From Oopsacas minuta (Eukaryota > Animalia > Porifera), in NCBI GenBank assembly GCA_024704765.1, contig JAKMXF010000033.1:744001-808000 (forward strand): 64,000 nucleotides of DNA, read 5' to 3'. The notes beneath the pieces are model-generated. The model searched no databases and had not been told where the DNA came from. It worked only from the letters and a program-made list of their open reading frames with translations. This document shows positions 12,565 to 22,621 of this stretch, piece by piece (position 1 is the first letter of the stretch; each line of letters opens with the position of its first letter). Made by a program: the position numbers and the translations under genes.

Positions 12565-13294
12565 TATATGTCATAGGAGATGTTGTCAATCAGGAGATGT
12601 TGTCGAATAACCAACATCTCCTGCAGGAGATGTTGGCGATCTGATGGTATATGGCTTCAATACAGTTTTTAAGTGAATTGTGTGACTTCAACTAATTATA
12701 GCTGACATGCTTCAATCGTCGTACGATCGTACGATAGCACGATTCCGCAAATAAATAGTAAACCTAAAATGTTTTTTATTTATTCATACTTAAAATGACT
12801 GAAAATTACCATCGAAAGTAAGATTACCACACTCTTATGTAAAATATGCAAGCGTCAAAATGAAGTTATACAATTAATAGGAGATTTTATCCAATTGTCT
12901 CCATTACTAATTTTAAAACTCCAACACTTTAAGCTCCTTGGGTATACACTTCTTTTCAGTAATCATTTTACCTTAAAAACTGTTATTGAAAAAAATCATT
13001 ACCATTACGATGGAATGAAAACAAGAAAATAATATCTGAAGAAGATTCAAATCTACCACGAAACATGAAAGTCAATTTTGCAGTATACTTGGCTATTCCT
13101 TGTTAGTTGACCTCAAATACAAGCATTGAGGGTGTTTAGTACGTACCATTCTTAAATAAGTACATTAGATATATCGTAATATACTTGGCTAAATTATCAG
13201 TTTGCTTACTGATGGTATTAGAAACTATAAAAGTACAGTATTGAAGCCATATACTATCAAATCGCCTGATTGACAACATTTCCTATAACATATA
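12565..13294. mobile_element. About 730-bp MITE with long imperfect TIRs and TA ends
   Basis: Left TATATGTCATAGGAGATGTTGTCAATCAGG matches the reverse complement of 13265-13294. Second TIR block GGCGATCTGATGGTATATGGCTTCAATAC (from 12635) matches the reverse complement of about 13238-13266. No ORF inside. Confidence 0.7.
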
Positions 13295-13411
13295 CATGTC
13301 AACAAAATAACCATAGCAGAGCGGATAGGAAGATTGCATTTTCACAAATTCTATCTAGTTTACTTGAATCCAGTGAGAGATTATCACAGTAAAAGTAATC
13401 ATGGGAACAAA

Positions 13412-13505
13412 ATCTGTCTGCTCCACACTCTATACTTTTATTATATCTTTTCTACTCTTCCCCATACTTTCCGTAATCAATTGGTTAGTTGTGTTGAGAG
13501 ATAGT
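13412..13505 (+). pseudogene. Third, about 95-bp fragment of the 7TM family gene
   Basis: ATCTGTCTGCTCCACACTCTATACTTTT...GTGTTGAGAGATAGT matches about 6878-6972 with few substitutions. Confidence 0.7.
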
Positions 13506-14015
13506 AGAGTCCTTAATAGCACTCTGTGTATGTGTTGTCCTGAAATCTAGGAACGTAACCCCACTATTCTCATTAGGATTTAGTCTCGCCGTTCACTGCA
13601 ATTTACAGGAACGTAGCCCCCTCGAACGGAGAGAGATACCAATATTATACTAGGCAGCTGGTCAACATAGATATAAGTAATATAGGCTATTTTACTTAGG
13701 ACAACTACATTGGGAAATATAGTCAAATAGTTTAAAGTTGATAAAGTTGTTCATTACATGATTACAATTGTATGTTACCATAAATCTTATTATTCAATCT
13801 CTTGTTATTGTTTTATCTCTCAGTTACCCTATTTGAAATTTAAAACAACAATTTATACGTAAGGCCCCGGAAATTTCGCTTCGCATTTACATATTGTATA
13901 ACTAACACTGACAACATCTAAGCACAATCTTATAAATATAAGGAATTTTAATTTCCTTTCAATTAAAATTAGGCCTTCTTATTATCGGATATATAAGACT
14001 CTCTCAGGTTTCAAA

Positions 14016-14867
14016 ATGATGCTCACAATGGCTGCAATCAAATTAATTTCGGATTCACTTTCGAGTAAGAATGACCAATCGTTAATAATCCCATCTCATT
14101 TGGAACCCTTGACCAATGCACCCCTATTTGAAGAGGGGTTCGTTTCATTCAATCTTGACTCAGTAGCAGATCTCTACACTACTTCACCTCATGTATTGCA
14201 ATTCAGTTACACTGAGAAGGGTGTGGCATATGGACAGCAAGAGACTAGCTCTAAAACTATTAAATGTGAAGTTCCTCTAGCTGTACAACCCGTTACATTT
14301 GTATTGAACCTAACCAATGAGCCCGTCTATCGGTCAGGAGTTAACTACGCAGCTGTTGTACAAGTTTCTCACCAATCAGGCCTCAAATTCCAATTGCTCA
14401 TACCCGGTACTAGGACGTACGATCCCGCGGGTATCTCAGGAGACCCTCACTGCTCAGAACGTGTAGGTAATGCCTGCAGCTCTGCTATCCTAAAGGTCGT
14501 GTACGTCTCTCTCGTAGCTGCTCTAAAAGGAGCTTCCATAGAGGGAATCAATCAGATTTTCAGTGCATTCTTGCCTATCAATGAAACATACCATGGACGT
14601 ATTGTTATCATGCAGTACATGCAACATCAGCTAAATTCTGCACTGTTCCAAATAAAAGAGCCTCAGGACTATCCAGATTTCATAAAAGAATTGGATCTAC
14701 AGCTTACAGGCGGTAGGGAACATACAAAATCGTATCTAAATTCTGCTACTAAGAATTCACTGCTACAACCACCGAGACAATATTATAAGAAAGTTCAAGA
14801 TAAAGACAAGGATATTAATGAGCTGCTATCTGCTGCTGATTATCAGAGATTACTACAACTAGTATAA
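14016..14867 (+). CDS. Hypothetical protein, 283 aa, family not recognised
   Basis: Uninterrupted 852-bp ORF in AT-rich DNA, with a pyrimidine-rich acceptor-like CTCTCTCAG 8 nt before the ATG. Confidence 0.6.
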   Translation: MMLTMAAIKLISDSLSSKNDQSLIIPSHLEPLTNAPLFEEGFVSFNLDSVADLYTTSPHVLQFSYTEKGVAYGQQETSSKTIKCEVPLAVQPVTFVLNLTNEPVYRSGVNYAAVVQVSHQSGLKFQLLIPGTRTYDPAGISGDPHCSERVGNACSSAILKVVYVSLVAALKGASIEGINQIFSAFLPINETYHGRIVIMQYMQHQLNSALFQIKEPQDYPDFIKELDLQLTGGREHTKSYLNSATKNSLLQPPRQYYKKVQDKDKDINELLSAADYQRLLQLV

Positions 14868-15774
14868 TAATCTATTTGTTAACTTTATAATTACTTAGAT
14901 TGGCAAGGTAATTGTTAGTTTCGTGCTAAGAATACCATATTTATTCAGATTTAAAGTATAATGTACTAAATACATAGCATATAGCAAACAGCAACCTCAG
15001 TTATAAATGACAGAGATTTTCAATATTCCACTCAATAATAACGTGAAATTCCGGGATAACCCAGGGATCCCGAAAGGTTAGCAAGTATGTAAATATTATT
15101 CAAGCGAAGCACGCTACTTTATATAGGTATGTATAATTCCCATTGATTCTAAATGTTTAATACAATTAATACCTATTTGGATAAGATAGACTCTCGGATA
15201 GAATGCGCTAATTTTTCCATTATATTGACATTATATTGGTTTGTGAACTGAAACAGAAATTAAATTCTATTGACTAGGGGCGTAAACTTGTGGTGTGCGC
15301 CGGTGCCTATCACCCTGGCATTTTCACACCGAACTAACCCCACAAACTCAATTTAGCAGGTGGAGAGCGAAAACTAATGATCACTAAATCAGAACTAGAG
15401 TGAAACAAAATTATCAGATATTACAAACTAACGATGCAGCATCATGATCTCACACAATAAAATATTTATTCAGAAAAATATATAACTAGGGAATGAACAA
15501 AGTGTCGTGCCACCCTGTGAGTTTGGCGAAGTTTACGCGGTGCTATTGACTTCAAATAGTAATATCCAATTAATTAATAATTAAGTATATTTGGTTACTT
15601 GACTATAGAAAGCAATAAGGTGTATGAACCATACCATTGTATTAAGTATATATAATATCAGAAAAGTAGCGTTTAATTGAGCCCTGTAATACAATACAAT
15701 TCTTCCTATTATACAGAATATATATAAAATAAACTAATTGTAAAGCACTCAATATAGTAAAAGTTTAGGATAAG

Positions 15775-16866
15775 ATGGCTAAAAGTGTAGGAAAATATAA
15801 AGTACTGGCGAATCCTAACCAATCTGATAAAGACAAGCAGGAGGTTATTGGTGAGTCAGATATGTACAAAATGGAGGATTATATAGCATTGTCAGATTTC
15901 AGAGGGGTTAAGATTGAGAGCGGTAGAAATTGGGACTACAGTTTTGAAAAGAAAAGATTACATGTGAGAGGTCTTGATTGTGGGAGTAATTTCAGTGTAA
16001 CACATAAGGATTGGAATGATATAAAAATTGTTGATATTATCCTAAACGGGAACCTCGTATATCTCCTAATTGTACAGAATCAACATCCAAACACTCTATC
16101 TATCTACATATTAACATTAAACGGAGAGATAGTTACTAAAAATATAACAGAATTTGGTACAAGAAACAAAGCTTGGAAAATAAATAACGCTAGCTTCGTG
16201 ACTGACTCACAATCTGTGTGTTTATTAATTAAAACGATTTCATTGTCAGCTTCTAAAGAACTAGAAAGAGTTCGTGTTACAACTGGTAGTACACTGATCC
16301 TAATGAATGAGAGAGTTTGGTACGAATGCTGTTTGAAAGACAAACGTTTAAATATACAACCTAGCAAAGACGATAGTCCGCTCATAATAGATGATGACTT
16401 GTTTTATTTACAACAGAATGGTAATAGACCTAGAATCCTGCAACTGTACAGTTTGAAGAACAAGTCTCCTGTTGGTAGAGAAATAGTCTTACAATTAGTA
16501 AATGAATTCAAACACTCGGAAGAAATGGAAGCGAACTTAATCTCCTCGACTTACTGTATAGATTACAAACATAATAAGATACTGGTGCCTTACACTAGAT
16601 TACGTGGATTCTTCAATCACGAATTGATACTCAGAATGTTCAGCATGAACGGATTGATAGAGAGAGAAGAGATTATATGGGAGTGTGAAAAATGCCAAGA
16701 CATAGGGGACTCTAACATATTCCCTATTCATAACTTCTCTACATGGTCGTGGCCATTTGAGCCAATAAATATTGTTTTAACAGATAACGGTGGTGTATTA
16801 ATAACCTGGTTCTCTGGCTCTGCCCGGTCTGGTAGTATATTCTCTACTCTCACAAAACTTTACTAA
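15775..16866 (+). CDS. Hypothetical protein, 363 aa, probably a beta-propeller/beta-rich fold
   Basis: Long ORF with repeated short alternating hydrophobic strands (IKIVDIILNGNLVYLL, LSIYILTLNGEIV, ILRMFSMNGLIE, INIVLTDNGGVLITW). Confidence 0.55.
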   Translation: MAKSVGKYKVLANPNQSDKDKQEVIGESDMYKMEDYIALSDFRGVKIESGRNWDYSFEKKRLHVRGLDCGSNFSVTHKDWNDIKIVDIILNGNLVYLLIVQNQHPNTLSIYILTLNGEIVTKNITEFGTRNKAWKINNASFVTDSQSVCLLIKTISLSASKELERVRVTTGSTLILMNERVWYECCLKDKRLNIQPSKDDSPLIIDDDLFYLQQNGNRPRILQLYSLKNKSPVGREIVLQLVNEFKHSEEMEANLISSTYCIDYKHNKILVPYTRLRGFFNHELILRMFSMNGLIEREEIIWECEKCQDIGDSNIFPIHNFSTWSWPFEPINIVLTDNGGVLITWFSGSARSGSIFSTLTKLY

Positions 16867-17164
16867 AATATTCATTAATATGTGAGTGATTTATGAAAAT
16901 ATTTATCTTTGAAATTGTCTAATCCAGGTTCCCTACCTTGTTCACCCGTGGAGCTCTATACCATTTCAACGAATGCTGTAGACCCCCTCCAATGTACTGC
17001 AATACAAATTTGAGATCCTATAGACCCCTGATGTCGTCCGTGGGCTACCAAGGATCCATGGACCTTAAGTTGGGAACATCTGGCCTGATCACTTGAAAAA
17101 CTTTAAAATTAATAAGCTACAGAATATTAAGTAAATACAACAACACAATTAATAATTTGATAAC

Positions 17165-18295
17165 CTAGAATGCAGGATTGGTAGTTATAAGCCTTCTAAT
17201 CCTCCTTGTATTCCTGTCTTGATCTCTCATCCTCTTGTCAATCTCTGTGTCACTCAGAGCCTGTGTTACAGGACTCCATTCTTCAGACTCTTGTACACTT
17301 CTGAACGGATTCTCTATTACATTTCTAGCCTCACTGAATGGATAAGTCCTGTAGTACCAAGAGAGCTGTCCTCGTATAGAGTAGGCTATTGCTGTCATGA
17401 ATTCACCACCTAGACCTTTCTCAGCACACAGACTCTTGGAGAACTCCTCCGGACAATTATCAGGATTGGAGAGGTCCCATTCGAATTGATCCCTGAGACA
17501 CATATTACCTACATGTATGTTTAGGTTAATTAGCACACGTCTGTCATCTTGATCGTTCATTACACTGTCAATAGGATGGAGTTCACATTGAGACTGTATA
17601 GACATAGCAATAAGGGAGCAAAATGGGTGGAATGGAATGTCAAGATCATCACAGAGAATCTCAGCAAACTTCTCAGGTGTTACAATCTTCTCATTCTTAT
17701 TCCACACAAATGTATCTCTCACCCGAATACCCTCATGCTCTAAATCAAGTCGTATCGGTACCAGCACTTCCAGCTGTTCAGCAGCCTCTGCATAGCTAGT
17801 AATACTCAGATCATCAAATGCATTAGGATACGTCCTTACACGCTTAGAATTATTCCGTGTACGAGACACTACAGTAGGACAAGGCACTGCGTCCAAATGA
17901 AATGACATGTTAGGCATAGCGGATAGGAGGGAGGTACCACGTTTTGTTTTAATTTGGTGAGCGTGAGCAATTGGGAGCTTTTCAGGAAGAGGAATATCTG
18001 TTTGAGAGAGGAATTCCAACTCGGATCCGTTAATAATTTTCTCTATCTCACTAGCCTTTACTAGAGCTAGAAAAGGTGTATGTACGCTATACTCAAAACC
18101 TAGATCTCGTAGCACTTTTCGTTCATCTTGTGAGGCTCCCCGCTTCCAGAGGTTGGGGAATTTCTTGTATAGTGTACCTCTGAATATTCGGAGATAGTTA
18201 CTGACCTCTGAACCCAGCATTAGCTCACCCTCTTCAGGGTTCAAGACGAATGTCTGAGGCTTAGCTCCGTACAAATCGTAGATTTGTGAATTCAT
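17165..18295 (-). CDS. SMARCB1: SWI/SNF complex subunit SNF5/INI1
   Basis: N-terminal GSEVSNYLRIFRGTLYKKFP; repeats LVPIRLDLE...RDTFVWN and DQFEWDLS...PEEF; C-terminal DQDRNTRRIRRL. Confidence 0.95.
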   Translation of the reverse strand: MNSQIYDLYGAKPQTFVLNPEEGELMLGSEVSNYLRIFRGTLYKKFPNLWKRGASQDERKVLRDLGFEYSVHTPFLALVKASEIEKIINGSELEFLSQTDIPLPEKLPIAHAHQIKTKRGTSLLSAMPNMSFHLDAVPCPTVVSRTRNNSKRVRTYPNAFDDLSITSYAEAAEQLEVLVPIRLDLEHEGIRVRDTFVWNKNEKIVTPEKFAEILCDDLDIPFHPFCSLIAMSIQSQCELHPIDSVMNDQDDRRVLINLNIHVGNMCLRDQFEWDLSNPDNCPEEFSKSLCAEKGLGGEFMTAIAYSIRGQLSWYYRTYPFSEARNVIENPFRSVQESEEWSPVTQALSDTEIDKRMRDQDRNTRRIRRLITTNPAF

Positions 18296-18481
18296 GCTAT
18301 TTTGTTATGGAATATTCGTATTCAATTTTCTGAACATATCAAAATTTTACAATTTTTTTACACAAAAGGAACTGTCGCGTCGAAAATAGGAATTCTATGT
18401 CGGTATCTATCACACACTTTATATTAGAATCTATATTATAAGTGACAAATGAATAATAGAGATAAATTGCGTATTCAAAGT

Positions 18482-19738
18482 CTAGAAAGGTACTGAATCA
18501 ATCTGCTTCAGGATAGAGCACAGATGCTGAGCATCTTCTACAGTATTATACATAGCAAATGAAGCTCTAACCAGACCATCATCTACCTTTAATTTCATTT
18601 GATCCAGTAGACGAGTACAACAGAAATCACCACTCTTCAGTATTATCTTCAGTTCGTTAATCTTCTCAGATAATCTTTTGGGAGAAACGTATTTGTGTCT
18701 GAAACATACAATAGGTATTCTTCTGTTGTTAGAATTAGCTAGAGAGTATATCATATAGTTGGGGTTAGAATTTAGAAAAGTCATTAAGATCTTCTCTAAG
18801 GCTAACTCGTGTATAGTTATCTTGTCGAACATAGATTTTAGGGTCTCTCTAGTTAGCTCAGAATCCGGGGGTATTCCTTCTAGAGAATTGAACAGTTCTT
18901 TCATCCCGATAATGCCGGCCAGACCTTCAATCTGTAGAGTTCCGTATTCAAAGTGAGCTGGAGAATTTGCAGGAAGATTCACAAGGCCGATACGCGGTAA
19001 CTCATCAATAGCTGTATGCTTAGCGTACATACATGCAAAATGCGGACCATACATCTTATGAGTAGACACTACATAGAAGTCTACATCTAATAAAGCTGTG
19101 TCTACTAGCTTATGAGGAGCATATGCTACTCCGTCTACGAACACACGTGCATTTGGGGAATTTTCTCTGACACATTTTATGACAGCTGACAGATCAGAAA
19201 CAGCTCCTGTCATGTTACTAGCATGAGGTAACACTACGTAACGAGTTTTACTTGTGAGTAATTTCTGTAATTCTGTAATACAGCAGTAGTCATTGTCTCC
19301 GGTCAGGTTCCACTCTACTATTTTGACCCCTGTCTCACCCATATGTAGCCAGGGAGACACGTTAGCCTCGTGTGTAGCCGTGAATAATACAACTTCATCT
19401 CCTTTGATCATTTGTTTACTGATCACATTAACCATAGAGTATATCAGAGCAGTACAAGATGGTCCAAATAATATCCTCCCCTGTGGAGTAGCATTGAGGA
19501 TTATCTCCATAATCTTGCGTGCTTCTATGAGTGTATTCTCAGCACTCTTTGAGGGGCGAGAGGGATTACCGATGTTGACGTGATCATGTGTTAATTGGTG
19601 CATCATTCTAGATATGACAAATTTTGGAGGGAGTGTGCCTCCTGCATTCTCTAACATTAAGAGACCCTCTTTCTCTGACATAGGACCAATTGAGAAGCCA
19701 GGGAAAAATCCGCGGGCAGTTTTTGGATCGAAACTCAT
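18482..19738 (-). CDS. PLP-dependent class-V aminotransferase / cysteine desulfurase-like protein
   Basis: LENAGGTLPP, HEANVSPW, HASNMTG, VDGVAYAPH, STHKMYGPH (PLP lysine), FEYGT, GLVRASFAMYNT. Confidence 0.85.
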   Translation of the reverse strand: MSFDPKTARGFFPGFSIGPMSEKEGLLMLENAGGTLPPKFVISRMMHQLTHDHVNIGNPSRPSKSAENTLIEARKIMEIILNATPQGRILFGPSCTALIYSMVNVISKQMIKGDEVVLFTATHEANVSPWLHMGETGVKIVEWNLTGDNDYCCITELQKLLTSKTRYVVLPHASNMTGAVSDLSAVIKCVRENSPNARVFVDGVAYAPHKLVDTALLDVDFYVVSTHKMYGPHFACMYAKHTAIDELPRIGLVNLPANSPAHFEYGTLQIEGLAGIIGMKELFNSLEGIPPDSELTRETLKSMFDKITIHELALEKILMTFLNSNPNYMIYSLANSNNRRIPIVCFRHKYVSPKRLSEKINELKIILKSGDFCCTRLLDQMKLKVDDGLVRASFAMYNTVEDAQHLCSILKQIDSVPF

Positions 19739-19992
19739 CCTATTTTGTAATATCTACAAATCTTTCAATAAAGAGTAGAACTCGGTTAGTACGTATTTTT
19801 CTCAAAAACGGATTACCAATTCTTGTACTAATTGTATAGGAAAATATTTGGATAAGACGTGCTTCGGTTAGTAGGTACTATTTTTGTTTCCTGAGGGGAT
19901 ACGTATTATCCGAGTTCTTACTAAGAAAATGGGATATGTTAAGTTAATTATTTCTGACTCTAATTTATAGGATAATTGTGTGATAATTATCA

Positions 19993-22621
19993 CACAGTGG
20001 CACGGCATGTGGAAATAGGTGAAAATTTATAACCTCAAATTGCTTTATAATGTTGATATTTGAATTCAGCACCCCCACAAACCTCGAAAAACATTTAACA
20101 TCTCTACAATAGACTTTTCATTTATCTCCCACGTCTATTCCAATGAGAGCATAATTGAAATTCGAAAGATTGATTTATGGTTTCAATTTTTGGTCATGAT
20201 GTAATTTTGAATAATATGGATTCTCCACGTCAAATAACTGCTATTTATCGTATACCAATAGAAAGCTCTTATGTTGCTGAATAATAAATCACGTTAATCT
20301 TGGCTCCAATGAACAGATGGAATTTACTATTCTCATTTTAAACAAGCTTGTTTGTGCAAGTGCAATAAATAGAAATACGTTTCATTAAAACTCTAGTACT
20401 TTTTTTGCCTTCACTTGCGGAACTTTCCATTACGCTTTCCTAATAGCTCTTTTCGTCCTCTACAAAATACACTTTAAATTACGATGTCAGGAAGTGAAGT
20501 CATGGTGATTGAGTGTTTCTTCTAGCCAATCAACCTCTGTTTTCGAAGAAGACTTTAGTAAGCCCAACCGCAAGCCTCGGACGGAATTATCAACTAAAGG
20601 TCTTCGCAGCCGATTGTCCTCTTTACTAACACATCTTGAAAAAGTTGCTGTACAAGAGAATGTTTCCGGTAAAGAACTATCCTGTTACCTGATGATGCTA
20701 TATTCACAGACTGAATACGACTTTACTACTACCAAGTTCTGTAAAGAAATTATTGCTATGGAAAGCTTCGGTCCAGTCTGCAATAAATTAACCTCCGATA
20801 AAGCTGCGTTCTTGATGGATTCTTTAGAAATTGGAAAGAAGAAATACATCGATTTAAGACGATTATTGCTTTCAGATGTCCAGCTTCCAGGTTACAATCG
20901 ATTAGCTACCCATCGATCTCAAATTTGCTTGACTAGTGACATCTTCTCAGTTGATAGAGAACATCGGGTAGGCATTGCTGTATCTTACAAAAAGCTTCTG
21001 ACTCATACAGTAAACAGAATATTGACTGCTTCTGCCAATGAAATTCCAAGCGCCAGCAATCCTAAAAGATACGAATTTCAGATGGACTTGACGGTTCTGG
21101 CGCTTACCCAATTTATCAGCAGGCGACTCACTCCAATATATCAACAAAAAATTTTATTTTATTCGGATTTAAGGTGATTTCCATATCCGACATCGATAAC
21201 AAACTGATTTGTAAAAACCCTCTACCAAATTTTCCTTTCTCAATTAGACTCGTTGCGATACTAGCTCTACAGGAGAACGAAGACAATATTCGATATCTTA
21301 TGGATACACTAATCAATAAGGAGTCCACAGAGATAACGGTAAAGGGTTTAGAACTAACAAGCGGATTTTGTGAAGTTGAAATTCAACGTTCACAATTGGA
21401 TGGCAAAATGGCTAAGATTATTAGTGGAGCTGGGGGTGCATGTTACCAGTTCTGCACAGCGACATTCAAACAAATCCATGATCCGGATATCGTAAAAGAC
21501 GGTTTTCCAATTAATCGATCCATCACAGACCTCAAAGTAATATTTGATGAAGTTAACGAAGAGGAGTTTCTATCATTATCTTCTGACAACAGATTCAACG
21601 TTACACACAGACCAATATCTGACTTAGAAATCATACCCAGTTCGCCTTTGCATGCATATCTCCGATGTTTTGGCTGGTTTTTACATCTAATTAGCCATTT
21701 GCACGCAGGAGTATTTAAGTGGTCACCAACTTCTAAGAGAGTCTCAGATGCTAAAACTTTCGTTACAAGATTAATTAAGGACAATCTCAATATTATCATT
21801 GACATCCCTTCAACACAAGGTGGCACAACGACTACTGGTAATGTGGTAAGACGATGCTTGATAAGAAAGAATGACAACGATCAAGATTTCCTCTACTGGG
21901 TTTTGACAGTGATCCCGTCTGAGTTCAAGTCCCACATAATTGAAATTCACACATGCCTAGGAGCAATCCTACGCGTCTATAATAGTTGCAGAAGAGTGGA
22001 TACAGAAGAACTAGCGCTTGTTTGCAGTAATATCTACCAGTCAATTCTCTATGCATTTCCTTGGGCTAATGTTTCCCCGACGTTACACAAACTGTTAGCA
22101 CATGCACCGGAAATCATCTCAACGTTTAATGATGGACATGGGCTAGAGAACTTATCTGAAGAAGGACTAGAGGCTTCTAACGAATATATTCGGAGATACA
22201 GAGATCGTTTTGCTCGCAAGTTTTCATTTGAAGAAAATTTAAAGGATGTATTTGTTCGATTGATTTCTCACAGTGATCCCATGCTGTTAATGAATCGCAA
22301 GTTTTCTATTCCAAAGCCTCCATCTAGCCAAGGACTTAGAAGTAGCCAAGATATTTTAGTGAACACCCTTATTCGTGATCATGAAGATCATAATGATGAT
22401 TAAAAGTAACCTCTCAATCGATTAATAGAAAATTTGGGGAATTTTCACACCTCAGATAGGTGACAATGACGTCATAACTTTGTCACCTGAAGGGAGAGAG
22501 AAAAATTGAGTATACCATTCGATTCGTTGGGTCGAAAACCTATATGACAATAATACATTTTGAGGACCTATGTGCCATCAAAATGCCTATTTCCACATTC
22601 TGACCATTTCGTGCCACTGTG
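19993..22621 (+). mobile_element. RAG1/Transib-superfamily DNA transposon with both termini intact and a 5-bp TSD
   Basis: TATCA at 19988-19992 and 22622-22626. Left end CACAGTGGCACG-GC-ATGTGGAAATAGG (19993-20019). Right end, reverse complement, CACAGTGGCACG-AAATGGTCAGA-ATGTGGAAATAGG (22621-22586). Internal RAG1-core-like coding sequence. Confidence 0.93.
20509..22403 (+). pseudogene. RAG1-core/Transib-like DDE transposase, frameshifted near 21060-21066
   Basis: Frame 1: NBD-like KPNRKPRTELSTKGLRSRL, then LTSDKAAFLMDSLEIGKKKYIDLRR. Frame 2 (open from 21066): KIRISDGLDGSG (Asp 21090), SQLDGKM (Asp 21399), GACYQFC, SSPLHAYLR, TTTGNVVRRC, PTLHKLLAHAPEII, LSEEGLEASN (Glu 22170), DVFVRL...SDP. 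These match the RAG1 D600/D708/E962 and zinc-site layout. Confidence 0.9.

Noticed and set aside
12575-12636. Short AGGAGATGTTG repeats as a CRISPR-like array
   Set aside because: Only a few irregular units without spacers, explained by a MITE TIR duplication; eukaryotic context.
15775-16866. Beta-propeller-like ORF as the RAG2 partner of the RAG1-like transposase
   Set aside because: It is about 3 kb outside the TSD-bounded element, separated by two host genes, and lacks kelch GG motifs and a PHD finger.
16924-17085. Weak inverted ends CCAGGTTCCCTACCTT / AAGTTGGGAACATCTGG suggesting a MITE
   Set aside because: Match too short and imperfect, and no second copy in the window.
20220-20505. 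Possible degenerate Cys-rich (PHD/zinc-like) N-terminal domain of the transposase (ACLCKCNK...FH)
   Set aside because: Needs several frameshifts and stop read-throughs to assemble; not supportable by eye.
21443-21877. Antisense ORFs within the transposon (21443-21877, 20947-21147, 21128-21328)
   Set aside because: Shadow frames of the transposase with no recognisable motifs.
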